Source: Octopus sinensis (Eukaryota). From it: a DNA stretch of 64,000 bases. A program made the position numbers and the translations under genes. Each line of letters begins with the position of its first letter. Position 1 is the first letter of the stretch. The notes under the pieces were generated by a model, which was given only the letters and a program-made list of their open reading frames with translations, was not told where the DNA came from and did not search any database. The stretch spans positions 11,780,001 through 11,844,000 of the forward strand of contig NC_043006.1 of the NCBI RefSeq assembly GCF_006345805.1, in the 5' to 3' direction. Of the stretch, positions 42,006 to 56,207 are shown piece by piece.

Positions 42006-44616
42006 CACACACACACACACATATATACACGCATAAATATCTAGAACCATATTTAAAATGAGATGGGTATAATCTTCGACTCACTGAAGATTTCATAGTC
42101 ACTTGTGGCTCCATGGGTTGGGTGATTAGCCCCGGACACATATCTACACGTGAATGTACATACTTGCACACGCACACACACACAGATATTATGCAAGAGC
42201 GTGAGTGTGTGTGTAAAAGGCAATGAATAATGATATTCTGTTTTTATAATTCTAATGTTGATATAATGAATTCCAATGGTGCACTGCACTATAACGTTTG
42301 CTTGTATTAATGAAACCCCATCTTTTGAGCAAAACTGGCTGCGAGCTTAGTCCAAAGTAATCATTATTGTTGAATTAAACGAATAGTGTTTAGTTGTATC
42401 TGTCATCACTGAATTCTCACATAACTTTTCTGCTTTCTCTATTTCGTTTTTCATTTATTTAAAAGGAAATGGTGAAGCAAAGTGTGCCTCTATTTAGATC
42501 GTTACGTCTATATAACAATGAGGTGGGATAAAATGTTATTAATTTTAACAATTTAGAAAATTAGGAAAAAGGAAAAAGAAAATTAATGAATATACACACA
42601 GACACACACACAAATATATAGATGTATATGTATATATATATATATATATGTGTATATGAATACACACACACACACATATACATATACGCACTCGTATTTC
42701 TATATTCCTTTCTCCATCTACTTAATATAGTATTTGCGTTCTCTCTATAAAAGTGTATACTTTATAACTGGAAACAAATTGTCGAAGAATGTAAAATAAA
42801 TAAAGTGCAAAAGCTATTTTAAAAGATGTTTTTCCGGTTTGAAGAAATAATTCCATCCATTAGTTAAGCTTCACTAAATTATATGAAATTTGCTCCATAA
42901 ATAGCCGCAATTTTGATTTTTATTAGATAACTACCGATAATTTCCTACCAGACATCTTCGGTCGGTTTTCATCATTGGACAATTTATTTAATTTTAGTTA
43001 ATGATGAAGTTATTTTGCTGTAAAGATGGACGTTATTTTTTTTCACTTTGATTTATTTTTCATGATAACGTTTTTCTATCAACCATTTTTTTTTTGGTTT
43101 ATATCAAACAAATAACTTCAAACCGTCGTAATAAAAAGGGAAATGACTTGTATTAAGATAAATTTAGTTTGATTATAATAAGTTATCGGTCATTCCACTA
43201 ATATTGTCCAGATACAAGTGCGTTTGGTGCTTCTCGTGTCATATAAATGATAGATTTGAATAATGTGATTATTCATCATTCCAATCTGCCTATCTTAGGC
43301 TATAGAATAAAGATCTCTGCGCAAACAGATCTGAATATATGTGTGTGATAATATTAATTCTGTAAAATGAGAAACAGTCAAGAAAATATTATCTGAAAAA
43401 GAGTTACTGAAAGCCAGCGCCAGGAAATGATGCGTCAAGGATTTAATAATATTAAAGCAAGCCGACACGAAATGACAGATGGCCTATGGAAGTTTGTAAT
43501 GCTGTTAAGAGAGAATTAAAATAACGAAAAATTGAACAGTAATTCGTCACGATATACTGGTGAGAAATACTTGTAAGTAGTTTAAGCGACAGATAATTAA
43601 ACATTACCAGTAGAAACCAAACGAAGTAAAGGCCATTGAATTAACGGTTAATGTAGTTTAATGTAAGGTGAGTTACACGGATCAGAAACGATTGACATTG
43701 TCAGAAGATAAAACTGATTATTTGTGTTTCATTCTATGGTTAAGTAAGTAAAATGTCTGAATGAGTACAGCTCACATTAAATGATTTAATTTTACTTTTA
43801 AAGTTAAAATCTTGTAGATGACAACTTTTCTTCCTGTAGCGGCGATCATAAATGTCATGGGGACGATTGATTTAAAATCAGTGTCCATTCGCAAATGGAA
43901 CAAACTGTGACATAACAGCAATGAGGTTCTAAGAAATAAAGGGAGATAATGATTTCAACTTCACTGCTCAGAGTTGTTTTCTGCGGCTTCTAGTTAAATC
44001 CCACTTAAGTCAACATTTTTTTCATTTTACCAGAATAAGAAATTACAGGTGTTCAAATATTTGTTTAAATCCTTAACTGCAGAAATTGAATCACACCTAT
44101 CTAATATGAATCAATATCGTATAAGAGAGAAGTGATCTTGAACAGGATATTTCACTATTTTCACAAATTACTAATTTCATAAGTGTTTTTAACTGAGCTC
44201 GTCGACTGAGATTGAAATAATAATATGATGGTAGATTCATTTAAAACATGCAAGTAAATTTATATTGAATTTTTGTTATATTTTCGTAGAGTATTATTTA
44301 CTGTTGCGTCTCAGGTGTTGTACTATTATTGCAGTGAAATTTTATCAATGACCACGTTGTTGACCTACAATGATGTTAGTTGACAATTCCCGATAGTATA
44401 TAATATTTCAACAAAATGTACAGAGTAGTATCATATGATGTTACGAAAAGTGGATATCAAAAGTGTACATTAAGCGTTTTTCTACGATGTAATTAAACAA
44501 ATTTTTTATTCCTTTAAAAATTAGATAGCGATTGAATAATGTATGGCTATTTAAATAAGAGCATAATAAAATTCTTCAAAAATATGTATGCACAATCATA
44601 ATGTATGTATGATAAC

Positions 44617-44668
<52 letters not shown>

Positions 44669-44671
<3 letters not shown>

Positions 44672-44852
44672 GTGACAATTATTCGGTAGCCATGATAAAA
44701 TTCCGAGTTTCGGATGCCGAGGTGAAAATCCACGGCAATTTTTCATAGTATTTTTTTCGATGGCCGAATAACTAAAGAGATGGCGGCGTGGATTTCCACC
44801 TCGGCATCCAAAACTCGGAGTTTTATCATGGCTACCGAATAATTGTCACATA
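44669..44852. repeat. Inverted repeat (66-bp arms)
   Basis: 44669-44734 versus 44787-44852 with few mismatches, abutting (TA)n. Confidence 0.9.
44768..44826 (+). ncRNA. Degenerate hammerhead-like motif in a fold-back element
   Basis: ataa-CTAAAGA-gatg...gtgga(tt)tccac...catc-c-AAAA-ctc-g-gag-TT-ttat. The opposite arm retains CGAAAC (gtttcg at 44707-44712). Confidence 0.45.
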
Positions 44853-45241
44853 ATTGTCAAACTTCTATTTGACTAAGTTTTTCCCATATTTTGTCCAACC
44901 CCAGTCTATTAATGTTGTTTAGTCGGTTGAGTGATATTTCCATTCATGTTCTATAAAGTAGGGAGGGGGAAATTGAGAGTAGAAAAGAGGCATACCGAGA
45001 AAGATAATAATATAAGAAGTGCAGGCTAAATACATATAATAGGTTTTGCGACAGGCAATGAATGCATGGTCATACGCATATATGTATAAGTACAGAAATC
45101 AGGATTGCTTAGCATTACATAAATATATTTGCAAAAATTTCACGAAAACAACAACAACGGAAATATTAAAGAAACAAAATAACAGAAACTTCGTAGCTCT
45201 TCATCATCAGCCAACATCCAAGAGATCATTACAAGTTCGCG

Positions 45242-45338
<97 letters not shown>

Positions 45339-45840
45339 GAATGCAAATGATTACATGTACAGTCCCTATATGTGTGCATTATCATGCCATTAATATTATT
45401 AAAGACTGAAATATTGATCATTTCGTAATAATAGTTTTAACGATATTTGTTAGAAAGTTTTATTAAAATTGTAATGGGAGATAATCAAGGTTCTTAATAG
45501 TCATATTTTTATTGCTTTATATCAACATTAAAAATAAATAACTTGACACCCAGTAAAAGACGGTTTCATTTGATCTTTAGTGTTTATAAATTTTTATTTC
45601 TCAGATGCCGCATTACTATTGATTCTGTAACTTTTAATAACCGTTAATTTGGGTTTTATTTTCTTCATTGCACCCCATACGGAAAAATCAATTTGAAAAA
45701 CTGACTTTTCATTTCATTCAAGGAGATTTTTAATTCGTGAGATATCGGAAAATATTCACAACCCTATTGACTAATGTATATGGAAGCTTAGACATATTCT
45801 CCCTCCCCGCTCCCCCGATTCTTTTGCAATTTATATATAT

Positions 45841-46456
45841 ACTAGCTTAAGGTGACCCGCTCTACGCGCGGGTGAGGGTGTGGTTGTTACTTTCTGTTGC
45901 TTCCTTTCTGTTTCTTTCTCACTTTCCCACTCTCTTACTCTTCCCTTCTCTCGGACTCTCCCTCGCTTTCTCTTAATCTCTATCTTTCTCTATCTATTTC
46001 TCTCTCATTTATAAAAAACAAAAGATCTCGAGTAAGTTGAGAAATTTCTTTCAGAAAAAATTGAAAGCTGGAAACAATAAAAAATAAAAGTAAAACATAT
46101 GTAAAAATGAGAAACTTTTTTCAACTTCAAAAATCTTGCCTTAATTTTCAAAATTTCGAACCTATATTCCGCGCTTAAATTACAAATCTGCTTCCACTTT
46201 ACCATGTTGAAAATTTGATTGAAATCGGGCAAAAGGTGTCCAATCTAGACACCCAATTGTCTCCAAAAATAAATAAAATCCTCGTTTTCACACCAAAGCA
46301 ACCACTGTAGCACCCAAAAACGTCTCCCAATCAATTTCTCACCCCAAGTTAATCCCCTCCTGTAAATTTTAATCCCCTTCCAGCCCCATTTAGACCCCTT
46401 TTTACATAAAAACCCAATTTGCATCAACGTTCGCCTTCTTTATTTTATGGATTGTA
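45841..46456 (-). mobile_element. Non-autonomous Helitron-like element
   Basis: 3' hairpin acccgcgcgtagagcgggt plus CTAG|T at 45841-45873. Putative 5' end atccataaaataaaag near 46455. Both ends lie in TA repeats. Confidence 0.6.
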
Positions 46457-46591
46457 TATATATATATATATATATAATATATATACATATATTATATGTA
46501 TATATATATATATATATCTATATATATACACATATATACACATATATATATATGTATATATATACACACATATATATATGTATATATATAT

Positions 46592-46659
<68 letters not shown>

Positions 46660-47291
46660 CAATACATGCATCTGTTTTCCCATCCACATGCTTCTGGGTT
46701 TAGTTCTACAGCGTGAATCTTGTGTAAGTATCTTGTATTCTCTCCTCAGGCCACCTAAAGCTTTGTGAATGAATATGATAGCCGGTGCTGATGTATTTAC
46801 ATCGCCATAACTAAAATAGCCCGGTAAAGCAGTATGATAGAATAGTTACCAGGGTTTAGAAAATAAGTACCAGGGTATTCGTTTGACTAAGATTCCTAAG
46901 GACACTGTCACAGCATGGCTGTAATCTAATGACTGTCATATAAGTAAATGACGAAAGAAATATATAAATGTCACTCGGGTATCGTGAGATTGGTGTAGAA
47001 CCGGGTGTAGCGATTTGGAGTAGAACTCAATATGCATATGCTTCAGAATGAAGTCTTAGTCAAGTCCAGAGCGGAAATAAGAAAATGGGATGGTGAAGGA
47101 ATAAACGGAATAAATCTTATGAAGTTCATTAGCTTACGACTGTTTCTGCTATAAGGTGCAGTGAACTCACAGTTGAGAGCCTGAGTTGAGAGACGTGTAG
47201 CTTCACCGGAGCCTCGAATATGAAGCAGAAATAGTTGTAATCCAATGAAGTTCATAAGATGATCGTTTATTTCTTTGCCATCTTATTTTGT

Positions 47292-47341
<50 letters not shown>

Positions 47342-47405
47342 TCCCGGGTTGATTCGGGGTTAACCACAGTAAATAAGGTACTCAATACACAGCAGAGTAA
47401 AATTA

Positions 47406-47540
47406 ATTTATTATATAGAAGGAGCTTCTACAGGACTAGTACTGTTTCATTCAAGAGAAATCTTCAGGAAGCTTTCTCTTGAAGATTTCTCTTGAATGAA
47501 ACAGTACTAGTCCTGTAGAAGCTCCTTCTATATAATAAAT
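47406..47540. repeat. Perfect 61-bp inverted repeat with 13-nt loop
   Basis: 47406-47466 is the exact reverse complement of 47480-47540. Confidence 0.93.
47423..47473 (-). ncRNA. Minimal type-I hammerhead ribozyme motif
   Basis: Minus strand reads agcttc-CTGAAGA-t-ttc(tctt)gaa-t-GAAA-cag(tactagtc)ctg-TA-gaagct. 6-bp stem I, 3-bp stem III with palindromic ACTAGT in the loop, GUA triplet. The stem II closing pair is U-U rather than G-C. Confidence 0.7.
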
Positions 47541-49009
47541 ATATATATATATATATATATTCTTTTTTTTTCAATACATTCGTGTGTGTGTGCACGTACA
47601 CTTGTATATGTATGTATTTCGATTTATACTAAAACACATTTTCTGCAGCTTGTGTTCTTGAAATGAAGATGAAAATTAAAAGCTGTGGAAACAAAGTTAT
47701 TTGAAACAAAATCGAATATCCCATTACGTTTGGAAACGCCAAATCCAATAAAACTATGCCATATTCAATGTATGACTGTGAAAAGAAATCAAAGCAGAAG
47801 CAAATATGGACGTACTCATGTTTCTCTTTGCTCAATGAAATTTCATGCGAAATAATATAACAGATAATACAAAGTGTATATTGATAAATATTATCTCCCA
47901 GTGTTATGATCACGTAATGGCCATAACACAAGAATGTTATAAGGTAATATAGATTTACGATATTTTTTCTTCTGTTCTACTTCGATAACAACCTGGCATG
48001 CGTTTTCTTAATCGATAAATATTTTATTTGTCTCGTGGGCGGCTCTTTGTCAGAGATGGCAGCAGACCAGACTAAATACATTACAGTGTTTAGTTTCATC
48101 TTTCTATTATCCAGAATTAGAATCATTTGGCAGGTGACTTCAAATTTTATTTCTCCAAAAGTAGATCAAATAACAGTGATATATACTAAAATCGATTAAA
48201 ATTTATTCTTCCAATTATTTCACTCATAAAATAAATATCAATAATATTCAGTTAGATTATACATCTTGGCTCTAACCTTCTATCTTGTTGGTATCGAATG
48301 CTAAATCTCTTACTAATTGTGACTGACAACTGATTATATTCTGCTAAAAGACTAAAGCAATGCTATTGTCTGAATTTCTATTCATTTCACTTCTCTTGTC
48401 TCGACAATGACCTCTGAAGAATCTAAGGGTGGCGGCACACATCTAAATCCAACTGCACTATCCTTAATTAAATGAAAGCAGTTGTAAAGAAATTCTCCGT
48501 GTAGAAATCTGCAAAATTTAACTATTTGCACGACGTATATATTATGTACAATACAGTATTAATGCTTTATGATCTCAAACGTAAGATCTCTTTCCTGCAG
48601 ACGGAGGCTCATCTCATCCTACGTTAAATGCATCCATACAGCAACATTCTCTAATGGAATTAATCTACAAGCATCATTATGGATCGCCGAGGCCCCAGAA
48701 ACAACTGATGAATATAATCCATCAACTACCGCGAGTGTTACGTTCCAAAACCTTCCATGGAAATAATTAAAATCTAAAAACTATAGATATCTATTCAGCC
48801 GCAGGAACCCGGATATACTGAGGGGTACGCGATATAGATTTACACATACTAACCAGAAAAATCCGCGATATACTGAGTGCGCGATAGGTGAACTGCGACG
48901 ATGTATATATTACACATACATGCACCCACAAACACACACATGTACACATACATATATACATACACTTATAGAAATGCATTTATACATTTACATATATTCA
49001 TCAATGAAG

Positions 49010-49179
49010 TGTTGATTTCTTTTCCTTTTCTCCTTTTGGACTTTTCCCTTTCGCCTATCCGACGAAGAGCTATGCTTGAAAGGTCAGACTGTCTCTTTTG
49101 ACCGAGCGTCAACCTAATACATTACATTTCTTGTGCACGTCCTCTTGTCCGTTAATTTTCCTTGTTTATTTGAATTGAC

Positions 49180-49180
<1 letters not shown>
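49010..49180 (+). mobile_element. Diverged family A element
   Basis: CCGACGAAGAGCTATGCTTGAAAGGTC...gagcgtcaac...cacgtcctc, ending in (TA)n. Confidence 0.55.
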
Positions 49181-49243
<63 letters not shown>

Positions 49244-49535
49244 ACATGTATATATATATATATACATATATATATGCATACATACATATATACATACATA
49301 CATATATACATACATACACATATATATATATATATATAATACATATATATATACATATATATATACATATATATATATACATACATATATATATATACAT
49401 ATATATATATACATACATATATATATACATATATATATATATACATACATATATATATACATATATATATACATACATATATATATACATACATATATAT
49501 ATATATACATAAATATATTTATATATATATATAAG
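49180..49535. repeat. (TA)n/(TACA)n compound microsatellite
   Basis: Directly visible; representative of dozens of similar tracts in the window. Confidence 0.9.
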
Positions 49536-50904
49536 GCATGTATAAATTTAAAATAAGAGTGAAAACACACACACAAACACACACACATATACACACATAA
49601 ACATACATACATACATACATATATATATTTATGCGTATATATATATATATATGTATATGTACACATTTCCATATAACTTCTTGATTTTTATATTAACTAA
49701 AGCACTTAAAATCTCATGTAGCCACGGATAGCACTATTTCATCCGCCTTCTGGACTCTACTGCACGGCATAACTCGATTATGTATGTATATATATATGTA
49801 TCTATGCATGTATGTATGTATATATATACATACACATATATGTATGTATATGTACAATTTTGGAAAATTTCGATTAATAAGCGTCAAGCTGTGTATCAAA
49901 CTATACTATCAAATTAATTTGATGTTACTACATGACTTATAACATCTTATTCGCAAACTCTTCATCCCATGATCCTCTGCGTTTATTTTGAAACAATATA
50001 CAATATTATTACCAAGCTTATACGCTAGTTACACAATTTTATCTCCCTTGCATATCGAGAAAATCTCTCATGAAATCTATGCACAACTATAGCAATCAAT
50101 GGCAAGTCACAATATATTTTAATCTATATCCGTTTTGTGATTACTGATGAAGAAAATCTGGAACATTTTCTGCCAGGTTTGTTCTACTCTCATGAACTGT
50201 GTACACATCCGTCTCTGCTAATATTTACCGAGTATGTCCATGCTGGAAAATGGAAATAACTAACGTGTTCATTTCAAATCCGATATTGTCGCTATTGATG
50301 TAAAGGACGTGACTGCTAGGCGTTGTGTCATTGCTTCGTTCTTGCTTAGAATGTGTGAAAGAACGGAATTCTAATATGTGTTTGTTTTTATTGATTGACT
50401 TGAGAAGGAAAACAGATGCCGACAGAAAACATTTTATGTAAATCATCTACAAGCTATTTCGCAAAATGACGACTAAATAACACAAGAAAATTAAAGGGTG
50501 GAAAATTTCATTCTGGCAGAGCAATTTATTTTATGAGGTTAACACGTAATGGATTGAAGAATGACAGTTTCCATGGAAAAGTAGTCCCACTGCTAAGGTA
50601 ATTTCAAAAAATCGAAATGATTTAAACTGTGTTGCAGGTATAGTCATACACATTATGCTAGATAGAATTTGAAAAGCGGTTATGTTTTTATCACGTATAT
50701 TGTGCTATATATGTAACAGAAGAAATTTAGTACTTAAAATGTATTGTAAAATATCTGATAATATTTGGCTGTCAGATAAATTAAAAAAATACTTTTGTCA
50801 TACTGTTTTATGTTGTATTTTTTCAAGGTGTTTTTTCTCCAACAGCTTTTGTTTATCGTATTTGAAATTTTAATATATTTAACTGTTTTCAGACATATGA
50901 CGTA

Positions 50905-51192
50905 ATGTGCCAAGTAGAAACAAATGAGCATGTCCATCACTTGTTTTTCTTCCCTTTCAGTCAATGTTCCAAAGCTGCTAAGGCCGCTTGACACATTTGT
51001 GCTGTGTACGGAGAAAGCCTACTACTGAAAGAAGTACACAGACAGGGTTTGCTCTTCAACGATGGGAAATTCAACCTCACAGGCTCCGCTTTTCAGCTGA
51101 CCTGATCATTTCATTGAAGACCGATTGAACAACCTCATCTATAAAGATCCACGGCAATCCCCTAGGGAATTGGCCCAGCAGATGGGATGCGT
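50905..51192 (+). mobile_element. Mariner transposase N-terminal fragment
   Basis: VETNEHVHHLFFFPFSQCSKAAKAA*HICAVYGE...GKFNL...EDRLNNLIYKDPRQSPRELAQQMGC (paired HTH region). Confidence 0.8.
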
Positions 51193-51280
51193 AAGGAAAT
51201 TGCTGGAGGGAGAAAGTAATTAACCCTTCTTTGGTTTCATTCAGTAAAACCTTAGTACATTAATATCAACTGACATCATA

Positions 51281-51490
51281 AGGTGGCGAGTTAGCAGAGT
51301 CGTTAGCCGGGCAAAATACTTAGCAGCATTTCGCCTGTCTTTATGTTCTGAGTTCAAATCCTGCCGAGGTCAGAATTGCCTTTCATCCTTTCGGAGCCGG
51401 TAAAATAAGTATCGGTTGAACACTGAGTTCAATATAATCAGCTTAATTCCTCCTTTAAACCTGCTGGCCTTGTGCCAAGATTTGAAATCA
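51281..51490 (+). mobile_element. Older S1 SINE
   Basis: ggtggcgagttagcagagtcgttagc...gttcaaatcc...gcctttcatcctttcgg. Confidence 0.75.
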
Positions 51491-52494
51491 TATAAATTGT
51501 CATCATGAATGGAGTTAAAAGGTAAATCAGACCTGAAATATGAAATCAGAATATAAAATGTCTGTCGTAAAATAAGTTTTGATTGATAGATGGGAGCTGA
51601 ATAATTTCTAAATGATCTTACAGGACAAATATTTAGTGTTGTGGGTCAGGTGTTTATTTATTTGGAACGTTTATACATACGCTACACAAAAAACAATACT
51701 ATCGCTAATTTAAATACCCGCTTTATAAATTTTTAATAAATCAAAGTCGATTTTTTTTATCAAATGTCAAACGTCAAAACCACTTCAATAAACACAAATA
51801 TTTCGCTACTAACAAGACTTTTATTTTAATGAATCAGTCCATGGTCCCCGGACTTGGTAGAAATAGCAAACAAATTTCCCTGAAATAATACTCTATCGCC
51901 GTAAAAAGATGAAGATACGTTAGTCAATGTTGGCAATACATACAGCCAACACTTCAAAATAATAAAAAAAAAGATTTTCACAGTGAAATGCCTTTTATGA
52001 GACTTTTGCTCTGTTAAGGTCCACGTTGGTGTAAAACATCGAGCTTGCTTTACATGAGGTTGTTATCGTCACCAATGAGCCAACGTCTGCGCATCTGATT
52101 TCAAAGACTTCAAGAGTGATGTCACTTGCTCTGCACATTTATTCGTGCCTAATAAAGTTGGCTCAGAAGCAGGCATCAAGCTATAAATCTATAATCTTGT
52201 TGTTTAACTCCAAATCATGTCTGATCGAATACCAGATCTATAAACAAATGCATTTCAGCCGTTATCGATCCGTCTTATAAAACCATTTCGTTGACTTGTA
52301 CTATGTTTAACAGTATGGGCTCACACGCAGGGGCTTCCTCATTGACAATTTCACCACAGCATTACTTGAGTGGGTAATTACACGAGCAGTTTTCTTTTCT
52401 GTCTATTCAACACGAGTTGGGGCATTGCCTCATTTGACAGTTTTCAATTCGATAGAAAAAAACATGATAATATAAAATAACTAACAAAGAAATG

Positions 52495-55342
52495 AAAAAG
52501 AAAGAAAATATCAAATGTAGAGTCTGTTATCATTCATGTCTTTCAGTCATTAACATCCATAGTCCTCAAGAATCCTATCAGCGTGAATATCGGATTCAGA
52601 AGCAATATAAAAAAAAAACTTATTTGTTATCATCGATACAGCAATCACCAATCAAGGTGGTGTCATACGTCTTAATTTTCTGTCTTAAAATATTTGAAAT
52701 TGATATTTTTAACGTTATTTAGTCTAAATATTTCTTCATTAATTACCTGGTGTTTTAGTTAATAGAAAATAATGAGAAACCACTGTTGATTTAGGGCTTT
52801 GTTTAATTAGTACATTGACAAGTATTCCATTGAGAACGAATGCATTTGGAGGGTGGACTTCAGGCCTTATTTTCTGTATTCCATGGAAGCGTTTGTTTTT
52901 CTTGACATCAATAAATCCACGTTCACTTGTGCCAGAGTCTTTGAACTGGATTATATTAGTGGTACCTTCACAACCTAATCAATTATGAAAATTCTCAAAA
53001 GAATTATTTCAAAAAAATTAGTTTTCAGTTTATCAGTCTGTAAACATCACAAAAGTGTAGAATTGCACAAGTAGTTTCCTTTCCGGAAATTTAGTTTTAC
53101 GTTGTTTTACATATTATTCTAGAAAACTTCATTTAAACATTGCAATGGAAAAGATATTAAATATGATGTTAATATGGCAATAAATTACATTTTATTGCAT
53201 AACAAAAGACCCAAGGAAATATTTTACCATTCATATGATTTGTAGAAAATCAATTAGACTACTTGTTCTTATTTGCCAATAGTATTTGTTTCCATTTTGG
53301 ATGATAATTATCGCACAGAAAACACATTATATCGACATTGAATGAAATAAGGATGACAATGAAAGAAAAATTGAAGTATTGTTTCATTAGAAAACCAAGT
53401 ATAGGCATTTTTTGTTCCACTCATAAAAATAGAAAACCATTATTTACTATAAAAACATTCGATTAGGACGAAATATATTTCAATATGGTTTAGTGTTTAA
53501 TGGTTAATTTGAATTCAAGTGAGTCTATCTGGGGAAAATATATGAGACAATTTTAAAGTATTAAGTTTAAATATTTCCCACAATAATTCTGTGACTACGA
53601 AGGGAACAGATATTCTACGATTTTTACCATTAAATATAGAAGTAATAATCGTGAGATTTTAGTTAGTCAGAGACTAGTAGCCTGTGAGTTGTTTTAACTG
53701 TTTAAAGAACTCAAAATAATCTTTTTTTTTTTTGTTGTCGCATACAGACAAGACTAAGCTATTGTTTTCTTACGCTCTCTCACTGTCAGCAAGTGATTAA
53801 CTCTCTCTGTTTGCTTCGACGCAATAACATCTAAACTTCTCTACACAAGTACATTATCTGCTTTTCGCTTTGCGGCTGGTCATTTTCAAATTGCAGACAT
53901 TTGAACTCTACAACACAAATTATTCCACCGAATCGATCATTCTTAACACACATACTACTAGTAACTTTTAAAACATCAAAATATAAACGTATTTCCCATA
54001 TCATTTTTTTCCCGATACAAATTATGTACTAGACTAATATACACAGATTATAAACAATTTATGTAAACTCTTCTTAGAGTGATATTCTAAATTAACATCT
54101 GTTATATTTACTATTTCATTTCTGCTTTATTTTACAATGCATTTACCAGCCTTGAATGGTGTAACTATCTATTATTGCTTATCTTTTACTTGTTTCACTC
54201 ATTTGATTGAGGCCATTTTATGGCACCAACTTAAAGGGATTTAAGTCGAACAAATCGACTCCAGGACTAATTGTTTTTGAAGCCTAGTACTTATTCTATC
54301 AGTTTCTGTTGCCTAACCGCTAAGTTATGGGAGACGTAAGCACACCAACAACGTTAATATGAATAGAATTACGGCTGAAATACTTGGTTTCATTAAACAG
54401 AATGTCTAAGATAGGACTTATATTCCCTTAATTCTTGCTAGCAATGTAATAATTTTTCTTTCTTTTCTTTTTATATCATTAATCAATTCAACTTTTTCAT
54501 TTAACTCTTTCAGATGTACGTTTTCCTCCTCTACCACCCTGTAATATCTCTTTTCGCATTTACTATGTATTAGATTTTTCATTTGCTTTACACACATAGA
54601 TGTATAGTCACAGAGGCACCTGCGCACATATATACACACCTTGACACCAATACAAGCACTGTACACGTGACGAGTTAGATTTGCAAGCGAGCTGCATTTC
54701 GCTTTTGCAGTCATCAGTTCAGACATTTAATCCCCGCCAATCTCAGTATTCATTCAAAGCACGTTGTGACACGAAGGCAAACCAAATACCTATGGTTGCA
54801 AAATACTAATATCATTGATCGCTTCACCTTTATGCAGGACCCTTTTATTTTGCACGTGTAGGCAAACAAACACAGAACTAGCCGATAGCTAACAACAGCA
54901 CCCATTTGCATACTTATGCACACATGCAGTCACTCTGTTTGCACCTAACACATACATGCATAGTATTATATTTAGTTTCCTTGAACCGATTCACTATTTT
55001 TATCATTTCCTACTGTTCGTAATTTTCATTCATCTTCAACTTGTTTTCCCAATCTGCTGTCTAATGCCTGCTTCTTTAGCAATCTAGCAGAAGATAACGC
55101 AGTGAGGTTAGCTTCAGTTGAGCCATGTGTTAAGTCCCAACAATCTGAGATCGCAGATTGTCGCTAATTTTCGTTATTGACCAGCTAAGTAAAATACACA
55201 ACCATCTTTCACCGTTGTCACATGAGTTATTTTAACCAGAGACTAGTATACCGCAAGCCATATTTTGGCTTTTATACGAACTCACCATAGTATGATATAC
55301 TTTAAGCTACCACCAACACCTATAGCTAAGCTGTCTCATTTT

Positions 55343-55379
<37 letters not shown>

Positions 55380-56060
55380 CTATGTTAATGGGTAAACTTT
55401 TGTCTTAACAGCGACAAAATTACTTCTACCAGTTCTAATCACGTGTCTTCTGTATTTTTCTCTTTCTGACAGCTCGCAGACGGCAGTAATTTGATTCTAT
55501 AACATAACAATTTAATATTTATTATATACGCATAAACCACTGGATTTTGTAAAGCATAGGGGAAAATAAATGTACAACCTCCATAAGATTTATAGATTTT
55601 TAAATTGCCAAATGTATGTACATTTATTTAGGAACATATTTATGTAATCTCAAACTTCGTTGATATTTTAAATTAATATATGTTATATACACTTCATTAA
55701 CTTGTATTCACAAAACATATGCTGTCTAAGAAGAGATCTATTTCCTGTTGTTATATACGAAATAAGTAAAATGCATAATTCATTATTGTTACTAACCCTA
55801 TGTTCATCTTTATAAATTTCTACACACTCATATAAACTATTTTTGAAAATGAAATTCTTTTATTAATTCTAAATAAAGGATTCACTTTTCAAAATATTTT
55901 TCATAAGTCGAATATGCTAAAAACATATTTTGTAATAAAATATATATTATAGATATTTCAAATGACAGAATATATATACATACACATATACATATATATA
56001 TATACATACACATATACATATATATATATATACATACACATATACATATATATACATTAT

Positions 56061-56111
<51 letters not shown>

Positions 56112-56172
56112 ATATAGATAGATATATACTATATATTTACATATACGCGTGTGTGTGTGTGTGTGTGTGGTG

Positions 56173-56207
<35 letters not shown>

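Noticed and set aside
48790-48902. Tigger/pogo-like end with repeated cgcgata
   Set aside because: Only a short degenerate single end; boundaries and TSD cannot be supported.
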